64,000 nt of DNA from the human T2T-CHM13v2.0 reference genome, Homo sapiens: NCBI RefSeq assembly GCF_009914755.1, contig NC_060928.1; one strand, given 5' to 3'. The position numbers were made by a program, and so were the translations under genes. This document shows, in pieces, positions 1 to 15,129 of this stretch (positions within the stretch are counted from its first letter, which is position 1; every line of letters begins with the position of its first letter). The notes below the pieces were generated by a model. The model saw nothing but the letters and a program-made list of their open reading frames with translations. It had not been told where the DNA came from and made no database searches.

Positions 1-1480
1 AGGTAGTACAAAGTTGGGTCATGTTTGTTACTAACTGATAATCTCAACATAATTTTTGTGTCCCAGAGCATTTACATTTAGTGTATTTCTTAGATGGTTG
101 GTTTCGATCATTTACCTGGCAAATTTTTATTATTTGTTCCATTTGTTGTTTTTTATTTGCTCTTTCTCTGTCTTCTTTTTGCATTCCATTTTGTCTTTAC
201 AATTCCTTGGTTTTATTACTTTAATAGTTGCTGTAAGGTTTAGCATATGCATCATTAACTTATCATAGTTTGACTTAAAGTAATATTGCATTGCCTTACA
301 GCCGTATACTTTCTTTTCTCCCTCCAAGTCCTTTATACCACTGCCGTCATACATATTTTATAAATACAATGGTAAATTGTTATTTTTTGCTTTAAGATTA
401 AGCCCAAATTTATAAAGGAAAGTAAATATTTTATATTCAACCACATATTTGTCATTTTAGTCCTTCTTCATTTGTATGTATCCAAGTGTCCGTATAAATT
501 ATATTTTTATCTAATAAATTTAATTATTTCTTGTATGAAAACTCTTATAAAATGGTCTTAGCTTTTGTTTATCTAAAAATATCTTTACATTTTATTTTTG
601 AAGAAGTCTATATCTCAATGTAGACTGTAACTAGGCTTTTATTTTTTCTTTGATAAAATTCTATTGAATTCTGTCTTATGTAGTTTCTAGTGAGATATAT
701 ATGCTCTTATTTTTCTCCTATATATAATTTGTATTTGTTTTTGGGGGGGTGTTTTAAAAATGTTTCCTTTTATGATTTAAGAAATGATTTCCTTGTGAAG
801 TTTCTTCATTTTCAATTCTTGGTGTTTATCATTCTTGGGATTGTTTTGTAGGTTATTTTTCAATAAATGTGTAAGATTTTGGCCATATTTCTTCAAATAT
901 TTTTCTGCCATATACTTTTTTAAAATGATATTTAACATATATTTGACTACTTGGTATAGTTTCACAGGTCACTATGTATTTATTTTGTTCATTATTTTTC
1001 TCTGAGTTTTAGTTTGGATTGATTATATTGCCATTGTCTTCAAACTCATTTTTTCCGTTTTGCATTATCTATCATTAGTCTATTTACTAAAACTTTTATT
1101 TTCATATATGTATTCATCCTTTTCAGAAATTCCAGTTGGTTCTCTTCTTTTACTGTTCACCTTTTTTCCTTGTTTTATTTATGTTTTTTAAAAAATTATT
1201 GAGCATATTTATATTATATGTTTCAAAGTTCCTACCTGCTTTTTTTCACCATGTTTGATATTTTAGGGTCTATTTCTATTAACAGATTCTTCTGCTTATA
1301 GGTCAAATATTCCTGCTCCTTCACATGTCTAGTAATTTTTGGATGCCATGTATGATTTGTTCATTGTCAAACGCTAGATATGTTTACTTTATTTAAGTAT
1401 TGTTAAAGATTTTAAAAATCTTCCATGGAGTTATTTGCAATCAATTCATTAACTTGATCCTTTCAAGGCTCATATTTATA
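1..1480 (-). mobile_element. Old, highly decayed L1 (L1M/L1MC-ME class) fragments
   Basis: T-rich antisense L1-like text, e.g. 'ttggccatatttcttcaaatatttttctgcc' and 'gatcctttcaaggct'. Boundaries approximate. Confidence 0.55.
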
Positions 1481-1483
1481 CAT

Positions 1484-2091
1484 TGTTTCATTTACTGTTG
1501 CTATATAACGAACCTCTCTGAAATGTAGTGGGCTGCTCTGCTCTGCCTATGGAATAGCCATTCCTTTATCCCTTTAGTTTCCTAATAAGCTTGCCTTCAC
1601 ATAAAAAATTAAATTTGGTGGTATAAAATTACCATTTTATTATGCTCATTGCTTCTGTTGGCTAGAAATTCAGAAATGATTCAGTTGTGCAACTATTAAT
1701 TGAAGTTACTCATGCAATCTTTGCAAATGTTGCTTAGGGTTGCATTCTTTTGAGGAGTTTTTTTAGTTGGACATCCCAGGTAGCTCACTCATATGGTTGG
1801 GTTTCTGTTGGGGAATCAGCTGAGATTGACACTTGAGGTATTTAGATGTGGCCTCTTTGGCATGATGGTCCCAAATTAGTCAAACTTCTTACCTGATGTC
1901 TATGTTGCCCCAGAATGAACATACCAAGGAAACAAGGTTTTTTTTCATCGTGTGTGCTACATTTTTGTTATAAGTGAGCTACTAAGGCTACATTATATTG
2001 ATTACAGAAAAGCTTTTCAGGTGGGCATAGTCCACACTTGTTAATGGGAAAAATGTTCAGAGAATTTGCAGGTTTTTAAAAAGCTATCACA
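1484..2091 (-). mobile_element. MLT1-family (F/G/H-like) MaLR LTR, interrupted at 1532-1610
   Basis: 'ttgctatataac...aaatgtagtgg...tataaaattaccattttattatgctca', 'gctcactcatatgg', ending 'ctatcaca'; resembles antisense MLT1 LTR. Confidence 0.65.
1532..1610 (+). mobile_element. Retroposed fragment of a MER41-like ERV1 LTR R region with short A tail
   Basis: 'gctgctctg..cctatggaatagccattcctttatccctttagtttcctaataagcttgccttcac' followed by 'ataaaaaatt'; flanked by aaatgtagtgg (1521-1531) and aaatttggtgg (1611-1621). Confidence 0.65.
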
Positions 2092-4800
<2,709 letters not shown>

Positions 4801-4805
4801 TCATA

Positions 4806-5082
<277 letters not shown>

Positions 5083-5400
5083 TGACTCCAAAATTTACTA
5101 CAGTCCAGAATATTATTTTAATCTTAATTCTGTGTCTGCCTTTAATAAGATGGCAGGTTAACGAGAAGCAAAGACCGTCTTTCATCCTAAATTGCTCCAA
5201 TACCACTGAGTAAGACATTTTAACTGGAAACCCCTACTCTAATTCAAATTTCTGTCTTCTACCTCTTAACTTATAGTAATGAGAAACACAGTACCTTACC
5301 TGGGGTGAAGGATGTACTCTGATCCAACTACTATGTTAACACCTTCTTAGGATATATTTTCCACATTTTTTCCTTTGGGTAACCATTTTCTATTCACTTC

Positions 5401-7605
5401 TAATATGGTTCGGCTCTGTGTCTCCACTCAAATCTCATCTTGATTTGTAATCCCCACGTGCTGAGGGAGGAAGGTGACTGGATCATGGGGGCAGTTTTCC
5501 CCATGCTGGTTCTTGTGATAGTGAGTGAGTTCTCGAGAGACCTGATGGTTTTCTAAGGCAGTTTTCCCTACTGGCTTCTCTCTTCAGCTGCCTTGTGAAG
5601 AAGGTGCTTTCTTTCCCTTCACTTTCTGCCATAATTGTAAGTTTCCTGAGACCTCCCCAGCCATGCAGATCTGTGAGTCCATTAAACTTCTCTTCTTTAT
5701 AAATTACCCAGTCAAGGGTATCTCTATAGCAGCATGAAAATGGACTAATACATTTGTACCGTGGAGATTGGGGCACTGCTATAAAGATACCTGAGAATGT
5801 AGAAGCGACTTTGGAACTGGGTCATGGGTAGAGATTGGAGCAGTTTGGAAGGCTCAGAAGGAAGACAGGAAGATGTGAAAAAGTTTGAAACTTCCTAGAG
5901 ACTTGGTGAATGATTTTGACCAAAATGCTGATAGTGATATGGACCATGAAGTTCAGGCTGAAGTGGTCTCAGATGGAAATAAGAAACTTCTTGGGAACTG
6001 GAACAAAGGTCACTGGAGCTATGCTTTAGCAAAGAGACTTGCAGCATTTTGCCCCTGCCCTAAAGATCTGTGGAACTTTGAACTTGAGAGAGATAATGTG
6101 AAATTGCAACTTATGTTTAAAAGGGAAGCAGAGTATAAAAGTTTGGGAAATTTGAAGTCTGATGAGAAAAACCTATTTTCTGGGAAGAAATTCAAGACTG
6201 CTGCAGAAAATTGCATAAGTAACGAGGAGTCCAATATTAATCAACAAGACAATGGGGAAAATGTCTCTAGGGCATGTCCGAGATCTTGGTGGCAGCCCCT
6301 TCCATCCAAGGCCTAGAGGCTTAAGACAGTAAAATGGTTTGTTGGGCTAGGCCCAGGACCCCTCTGCTCTGTGCTGCCTCAGGATGTGGTGTCCCATGTT
6401 GCAACTTCTTCAGCTCCAGCATAACTAAAAGAGGTCAAGGTACAGCTTGGGCTGTTGCTTCAGAGGGTGCAAGCCTTAAGCCTTGGTGGCTTCCATGTGG
6501 TTTTCAGCTTGCAGGTCACAGAAGTCAAAAATTGAGGTTTGGGAGCCTCTGCCTATGTTTCCGATGATGTATGGAAACACCTGGATGTCCAGGATGAAGT
6601 CTGCTGCAGGGGCGAAGTCCTCATGGAGAACTTCTGCCATGGCAGTGCAAACAGGAAATGCAGAGTTGGAGCCCACACACAGACTCCCCAATGGGGCACT
6701 GCCTAGTGGAGCTGTGAGAAGAGGGCCTCCATCCTCCAGACGCCAGAATTGTAGATCCACCAACAGCTTGCACTATGCACCTGAAAAACCTGCAGACACT
6801 GAACACCAGCCATAAGAGCTGTACCCTGCAAAGCCACCAAGGTGGAGCTGTCCAAGATTGTGGAAGCCCACCCTTTGCATCAGCATGACCTGGGTGTGAG
6901 ACATGGAGTCAAAGGAGATTATTTTGATGTTTTAAGATTTAGTGACAGCCCCACTGGATTTCAGACTGGCATGGAGCCTGTAGCCCCTTTGTTTTGGCCA
7001 ATTTCTCCCATTTGGAATAGGAGCATTTATCTAATGCATGTATCCCCATTTTATCCTGGAAGTAACTAACTTGCTTTTCATTTTACAGGCTCATAGATGG
7101 AAGGGACTTGCCTTGTCTCAGATAAGACTTTAAACTGTGGACTTTTGAGTTAATGCTGAAATGAGTTAAGACTTTGGGGGAGTGTTGAGACGGCATGATT
7201 GGTTTTGAAATGTGAGTATCTCAGATTTGGGAGGGATTGGGGGCAGAATGATGTGGTTTGGCTCTGTGTCCCCACCCACATCTCATCTGAAATTATAATC
7301 CCCACATGTCAAGGGAGAGAGGTAATTGGATCTTGGGGCATTTCCCCCCATGCTGGTTCTCATGATAGTGAGTGAGTTCTCATGAGATCTGATGGTTTGA
7401 TAAGGGAATTTTCCCTCCTTTTGCTCACTTTTCTCTCCTGCTACCTTGAGAGGAAGGTGCTTGCTTTCCCTTCACTTTTTGTTATGATTATAAATTTCCT
7501 GAGGCCTCCCTGCATGTGGAACTGTGAGTCAATTAAACTGCTTTTCTTTATAAATTACCCAGACTTGGGTACTTCTCTATAGCAGTGCAGAAAAGGAGTA
7601 ATATA
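5401..7605 (+). mobile_element. Complete THE1D MaLR: 5' LTR 5401-5752, internal 5753-7248, 3' LTR 7249-7605
   Basis: Both LTRs begin t(a/g)at(a/g)tggtt..gctctgtgtc and end 'taata(c/t)a'; internal has typical THE1-int text ('gcgactttggaactgggt', 'ctgcaaagccac'); 5-bp TSD acttc (5396-5400) / atttc (7606-7610). Confidence 0.92.
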
Positions 7606-8120
7606 ATTTCATATGTGTATATAAATGTCTCTTTATATGTTCATACCAGCTCTTCCATGTAAGTTTATGTTTACAAAACTGACAATGTCATGAAAGTATA
7701 AATACTGTGCCTAGCAGAATTGTTCTTATTTAAGTGGCAGTGAAAAAAAAGTCTTAAAAAAGTTTCTACTGCTATGTATTCTAGTTACATGTAGATAAGA
7801 CCTGTTGTGAAATGTATGAAAGTTGTTTCAAGAATGTGTGAAATAAAATACAAGCAGATTGTATTCATCTAAATGGTACACAATAGAAAAATTTAAATGA
7901 CTTCTACTTTGAATTTAGTTTGTGCTTCCTTTCTTAGCTTACTAAGATAGGCGATTGACTTTAAATCATATTTTTCCCCTAATAACAACATTTGAAGCTA
8001 CATATTTCTATTTAAGTGATATTTTAACTGAGTTCCACAAATTGTATACTGTTATAACTATATTGTCCAGTGTCATTCAGTTCAAAATAATTTAAAAATT
8101 ACTTTGTAATTTATTTTTTC

Positions 8121-8255
8121 ATTTATTTGTTTATTTAATGATAAGATCTTGCTATGTTGGTAGAGCTGGACTCAAACTCCTGGGATCAATCAATCCTTCT
8201 GCCTCAGCCTCCTGAAGTACCAGGATTACAGGCATGAGTGTCACCATTCCTGGCC
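8121..8255 (-). mobile_element. FLAM-type free left Alu monomer
   Basis: 'tcttgctatgttgg..gctggactcaaactcctggg..caggattacaggcatgag..cctggcc' with decayed T-rich tail. Confidence 0.8.
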
Positions 8256-8344
8256 TCTGATTTCTACTTTTAAAATCATGATTATTTAAAAATATACCCT
8301 TCAAAATGGAGAAGTTTAAAATATTACTTCCTTAATCAGATTAT

Positions 8345-8405
8345 TCATATTTCAATGCTCAATAGCTACAGGTGCTAATGGCTGTTGTATTAGACAGCTC
8401 AAGTC
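8345..8405. mobile_element. MER3/MER33-type hAT DNA transposon end fragment
   Basis: 'atatttcaatgctcaatagctacagg..ctaatggctgttgtattagacagc'. Confidence 0.5.
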
Positions 8406-9698
8406 TGAAGGATCCTCTTTACAGAATATAGGGTAAAGCTAGATATTAATATCTCAAGTTGTGATTTCATATAATTTGTCTATCAATTAATTTCAATAAG
8501 GGTGCAAGACGTGAACTTTACTAGGCAGGTCTAAACCCTCAGACAATCTACATTTTTCTTTTTGCATTACTGGCTCTCAGATAATATTTTAAAAATATTA
8601 TTGACATGATATAAATAAATTTACCTGTGCAGTACAGGAAAAAAGTCAAGATAAACACTTGTAAATTGTTAACTTCTGTGGATTCTGATGTAGGCTATAG
8701 GATTGCAGGGGCAAAATGTGCTTATTAAATATGTTATACTGAATTTAAAAATCAATAAATTAAATATTATTGACATTATTACCATTGGTATAGCTAAGCA
8801 GAACTAAATATCTTAGAATTTTCCATGCAATCATCTTCTAATTCCAGCAAAATAGGTTGAAATTAAAAAATAGTAGGGCATATTATTTGGTAATAGATGT
8901 TTTACTCCAATTTTAGAATTCCAAAAGTTTTGTAATCAATGATTTACTCATTTTTTCTGATATATGTAGCAAATTTCCTTCCCATTCCAGTGTTGGAAAA
9001 CCATAAATATAATAACGTTTTTACACTTGATATAAAAATATATAAAGGAACAAAATTTATAATCTCCCAGTCTCCCTATTGGCTAAAATCATAAAACATT
9101 ATACAATGAAGTATGTATTTCTGTATATAGTTTTCTCATTGACAAAAACACATACATTAAGAGGATATAATTAATAGACTATTATCATTGAACCTCCCTT
9201 TCATAGAATATAAGGTAGATAATACAAAATAGCTACACACATGTATCTACTACTGCAAATAAGAGTTGTAAAAATTAGAAATGTTGTGCTCCTTGGAAAA
9301 CATCTTGTCAATAAAAAAATCTCATAACATCTCAACATATGTAAAACATGCATCATGGAAAATACATCAATACATTATAGTTTTAAGGGGAAAAATTAGG
9401 ATAGACAAAATTTTATTGGGAGCAAAATACTCTTATATTCATGTATTCTGGAATAAGGTCTGTTTATCCTTGAATCTAATGATTTCAATAGATATGGTAA
9501 ATCATAAACTGGCACATCCCAGAAAAATGATCATTTGAAATGGCTGTATTGTTGAGGTCTAGTGGGAGATAGTACTGGAAAAAAAATGTACCACTTATGC
9601 TTTACAGAATTTGATTGGTGTCAAATATTAAAATAAGATTCAAGTCAGAGAAGCAGAAGGCGATTTCAGATCATGCTTATGTGAGTTAAGTAGTTACT

Positions 9699-9985
<287 letters not shown>

Positions 9986-11002
9986 AGTAGCTACTCTTAT
10001 AAATAAATAATTTTGCTATTTTACAAATCATTAGTTAAATAACAGAGTATTTTTGACTCACATAAAAACAGATTTTAAAGGTGGCCTTTTTTTTTTGGAG
10101 ACTTTATTCCGACTATAGCTCAGCCTCTTCTCAGGCATAGGTTAAATTCTCATTGAATTATGTAATACTGTGCAATTTTAGGTGAGATTTACAAATAAAG
10201 GTATGAACTCAGGATTCAGGCTTCCTGTATTCAGAAATCATAGAGTAGGAGTTTAACCTCTTCTTGCTACTGTTTTAGCATCTGGAAAGAGTATCACTCA
10301 AGATTTAAATCAGTTAATTGTGTAAAGTGCTAATAATTGTGCCTGGTGCATAGCCTAGATACATACTATTATTTTTATATTTCTTATGTTATTGTCAATT
10401 AATTCTATCGTTATTTCTAATGGATAAAAGTTAAAAATTAAATGTATTTAGTATGAAGATAAACATACACTTTTACTAGTTCTTCTTTAAATATTTCTAC
10501 CAAGAAAGGTGAACAAAATACAATTTAATTTAAAAAGCCTTGCTTTGTATATTTTACCAAAAGAAAGAGATAATGTTAGGGTAAAATAGTTTCAGGTGCA
10601 TGCTAATTTGAGTACATAGTAATTACTATATTTGAAAATTATTTCATGTTTATTTTCTTAATCACATATCTTTTTCAGTCCTTAATTCATTAAAATTTGT
10701 CTTCTTAGCAATAACATTTCGTAATTTATCTTTTTTCTGTATGTTTTATTCACTAAATGTATTTTACTTGTTCTTTTCAGTCTGTTAGAGTTACGATGAG
10801 ACAAGGTAATATAATATAATACTCCTTACCTCTAACACCTGAGCTAAAACATACATAGGGCTTTCTTTTAGTGCACCAGATAGTTAAATTTTGCAATATG
10901 ATAAAAAGCAAGCCAAGAAATTTTACCCTCAAGCATATACCAGAAGATATATATGTACCTGTGCACAAACAGACATTTAGCAATGAACACTGCAACATTG
11001 TA

Positions 11003-12096
11003 TTTTTGTTATAACAGCTTTATTGAGATATCATTTATACAATGTAACATGTACCCCTTTAAAGTGCATAATTCAGTGGTTTAAGCATATTCAAGGTAGT
11101 ACAAACATTACCATCTAATTTTAGAACATTTCATCACCCCAAAAATAAGCTCTTATATCTTAGGATTTACTGTCAAACAGTAGTTTACATTGCCTATTCA
11201 GGACATTTCGTCTAAGCGGAATCATCTAATAGATCTTTTGATCTGGTTTCTTTCATTTAACACAGTATTCTGAAGGTTCATATGTGTTGTAGCATGTATC
11301 AGCACTTCAATCGTTTTGTTAACGAAAGATATTTTATTGTATAGCTATAGGACATTTTGGATATTTATTCAGCAGTTGATGAACACTTGTTTTCTTTCCA
11401 CTTTTGAACGACAATAAATAGTACATCTCTGAACATTCATGTACAAATTTTTGTGTAGACATGCATTTTCATTACTTTCATTACTTTTTTAGGAGTGGAA
11501 CTGCTGGTCAATAGAATATGGTCACTATTTTTAACATTTTTTAGAACTGACAAAGTGTTTTACAAGGTGGTGGCAGAATGTAACATTTCCATTAAGAATG
11601 GATGACTTCAGTTTATTCACATCCTTATTAAAATTAGTTATTTTCTCTCATTCTGATCATAATAATTTTAGTTGGTATGAAGTGGTATCTTGTAGTTATA
11701 ATTTGCACTTCCATGATGACTAACGGTATTGAACTTCTTCTTGTGCACTTATAGGCCTTTGGAATAATTTCTTTTAATAAATTTCTATTCAGGGTCTTAT
11801 CTGTATAAAAAATTGGGTTATTTGACTTTATCCTGTTGCGTTCAAAGATTTTTTAATATATTTTGGATACAAGTATTTTTTATCAAATATATAGTTTGAA
11901 AATACTTTCTCTCATTCCATGAATTGTCTTTTGAAACTCATAGCATTGTTTACAGAATGAAGGGTATAATTTTGACAAAGTCTATTTTGTCTTTTATTGC
12001 TGTGCTTTTGGAGACATAGCAAAGAAATTGTTGCCTATTCCAAGGTTATGGATATTTACTCTATATTTTCAGGACTTTATTTACAACTCTTACATT
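11003..12096 (-). mobile_element. L1MB-class 3' end
   Basis: 'aacagctttattgagatat..tttaaagtgcataattcagtgg..tagaacatttcatcacccc', 'ggagtggaactgctggtc', 'gtatgaagtggtatct'. Confidence 0.8.
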
Positions 12097-12250
12097 TCCA
12101 GAAAAACAGGACTAAAGGAATTTATCATTAGTAGGCTTACTCGACAAAATATATTAAATGGAGCTTTTCAGGTTAAAATAGAAGGCACTTAATAGTAACT
12201 CCTATCCTTGAAAATAAATAGCACTAGCAGAGGTAACTACCTAAGTTGGA
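12097..12250 (+). mobile_element. L1M ORF1-end fragment in opposite orientation
   Basis: 'gactaaaggaatttatcattagtaggcttactcgacaaaatatattaaatggagcttttcagg' resembles the sense end of L1M ORF1. Confidence 0.55.
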
Positions 12251-13288
12251 AAATTACTTTATAATCATTTATTTAGTAAAGAAAATTGAGACACTTTAAA
12301 AAGCAAAAGTGTAGGTTAATTTACACTTTTTTTATATTTGCATCACAACCTCAAGAAAGCAGCCACGTTTTGCAAAAAAAAAAAAAAGAAATAAAGAATT
12401 CCTTTAATTTCACAAAGCCTATGAACATAACACTAGAATGTAAAAAGCCAAGTAATACATGAGTTGTTTTCATGAGATAATTCCTTACATTTCAAATACA
12501 AAGCAAATAACCGGTCATTGCCATCATATAAACAATAACTTACCAATAATTATAATTCTAATTTCGTCCTAATTTTTCTTATATTATACATCTAGCAAAA
12601 ATGTCAAATGGCTCTGGTGTCAGATTACAAGTTGTCAAGTTTACCTAGAAGAGTTTCATCTTTAAAAGTTAAACTATATCATTAATACTAGTGATTTTCC
12701 ACTAAAATATACATGTATGTGTGTATTCATATACATATGTGTAAAATATTACGTACATTGAAAAGATAACTGAAAGGCAAAACAATTCTGAAATAAATGT
12801 AACAGATAAGTCTTACACAGTAGCTTCGATGAGCATGGGACATAAAATTGGTTTCTGGAAAAACAGAGATTGCTAAATATTATGATTACTCAAAGTAATG
12901 CAAGAATTGGTACATTCTTCAATGCTATATATTTACCTTTATTTACATTGCATGTCTAAAATTTGTAAAGAAATCAAACAAGATTGTAAAAACATAATAT
13001 TGTTTTGTGATAATTTACCTCATAAGTGAACCAAAAAACATTGCAACTGTTCATGTCTCAGAAGTCAAGACAACAACAGGTCAGCTGGTTTGGCAAATGC
13101 TAAGAACTTTGCAGCTGAGAGCTTTACATTTTTCACTTGACCAGATGTTCTGAAGCTCACCTTAACCACCTGTTCAACTTATTGTTAGGCAACGCATGCA
13201 CTCTCTCTTGTATCTGATTATTATGTAATATATCCAATTGGAAGCAACTCTATCAGATAAATGCTCCCACTTCTTGGCAGCTTTCCTT

Positions 13289-13930
13289 CATTCAACATAT
13301 ATTTATTTACTAGCTACCGTGTGAACTGTGCTAGGCCAGTACTTGCAATGCACTCTAATCTGTACGCTTTGTGTATCTTGATATAAGAATTCCTAAATTA
13401 TATAATATATTGTCTCATTTTAAGGTATTTAAGTTATAAGTGAATGTGTTTCCTATAAAATGGAACCAGAGGCAGCTGTCAGATTAAATAGTATTGCTTC
13501 AGTTACCATCCGAACTCGAGCTCAGTTTAGCTCCACCCTCCAACTCTATGCTATAACAGATAGAACATTTCATCATCCAAAAAAGAAGCATTTGTACATT
13601 AGAATTTAGTGTCAAACAATGGTTTAATTTGTTCTCTATGGATTTGCATGTTCAAAACATTTCATCTAAAGGGAAATGTCTAATAGATCTTTTGGATTTA
13701 AAAGATGAATAAGACAGTGGCTCTGCCATGTATTATCTCATAATCAATGGGCAAGGCAGCCAGTATTACATCAATGAAATTGTTACTTTGATGAAGATAT
13801 AGGGATCTAAGGGAAAACAGAAAAGGGGTGAAACACAAATAGGAAATCTAAATCGGATTTCTCAAATCGTGCAATCTTAGTAGATGGTTGAGCATAAAGG
13901 AAGTAGGAGATGGAAATAGGGCTTAAAGTT
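13289..13930 (-). mobile_element. L2 3' fragments, interrupted
   Basis: 'cattcaacatatatttatttactagctaccgtgtg..ctgtgctagg' and 'aaagatgaataagacagtggctctgcc'. Confidence 0.5.
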
Positions 13931-14519
13931 AGGGGGAAGTACTGGGTTATTTCTTACCTATGATGCTTTATTATTTTGATGGACTTCATAATATTATATA
14001 ACTTAGTCATTTTCAAAACTACATGTATAAAATTAAAGTATTTGAATATATTAGATAAAACTTTTTTAAAAATTATGGTATTTATTATCATAAGTAATGT
14101 AAGCTAAATAATTATTCATGGCACTTTTCACTGTCTTTAATAATTTTTTAGCCAAACCATTCTTAAATGCCAGCCATGTCACACGGACTTTTCAAAAATA
14201 TATATGATTAATACTTTAGATTTTTTATGAAGCTACCAGCAATATTATTTAAGGTTGTTTTTCATGCTAAGTATATTAGAAATTGTTAAAAATGGTAATT
14301 GACTTTTCTCTGTAGACCTATAGTAGTTTTAATTAAGACAACTCTCTCCTTGTAACCTATGACCAAATATATTTCTTGGACAATGTTTTTATGGCTATAT
14401 TTTTGACATGTATATTTCTTAGTCTTCATTGAGAGAACTTATCTTCAACAAATACTTTTATAATACAAAAATCCACAAGTAAGAAATATTGAAAGAAAGA
14501 CTGGATTCACAATTATATA

Positions 14520-14825
14520 CTATACGTATGCATACACACGTGTGTATAAAATTAAAGTACATTTCAAATACACATATTTAATATGTTATTACATATGTAT
14601 ATGTATAATATATTACATATTATGTAATATATATCTTATATATTATATATAATAAATAGTAATATATTGTATATTATTCTTATATCTCATCTTATGATAT
14701 ATAATATGTATGATATATTACATGATATATAATATATATGTTACATAATATATAATACATGTTACATAGTATATAATGTGTAATATATTACATATTTAAT
14801 GTATTACATATTAAATATAAATATT
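14520..14825. repeat. TA-rich low-complexity, degenerate (TA)n tract
   Basis: Near-pure A/T with recurring tattacat/atgtaata/tatata units. Confidence 0.9.
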
Positions 14826-14855
14826 TCAAAATAGCAGGTCCATCTAAAGACTTTT

Positions 14856-15129
14856 TCTTTTCTTTGAGGTGGAGTCTCCCTGTTTCACCCAGGCTGGAGT
14901 ACAGTGCACAGTCTTGGCTCACCACACACTCCGCCTCCCGGGTTCAAGCAATTCTCCTGGCTTAGTCTCCCGAGTAGCTGGGATTACAGGTGCCCGCTAC
15001 CATTGCCCAGCTAATTTTTTTTTTTTTAAGTAGAAACAGGGTTTTCCCGTATTAGCCAGGCTGGTCTTGAACTCACGACCTCAAGTGCTCACAACCTCTG
15101 CCCGTCTTGGCCTCCCAAAGTGCTGGGAT
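14856..15129 (-). mobile_element. AluS, 5'-truncated by ~25 nt
   Basis: Ends at 'gtgctgggat'; perfect 17-bp TSD tccatctaaagactttt at 14839-14855 and 15130-15146. Confidence 0.93.

Noticed and set aside
5885-7069. Longest ORFs in the window (143, 110 and 75 aa)
   Set aside because: They lie wholly in the THE1 internal region and are broken across frames: decayed MaLR ORF remnants, not a gene.
10781-10805. 25-nt micro-exon candidate (ttttcag ... AAG|gtaata)
   Set aside because: Not frame-preserving, mediocre donor, no partner exons; expected by chance in T-rich DNA.
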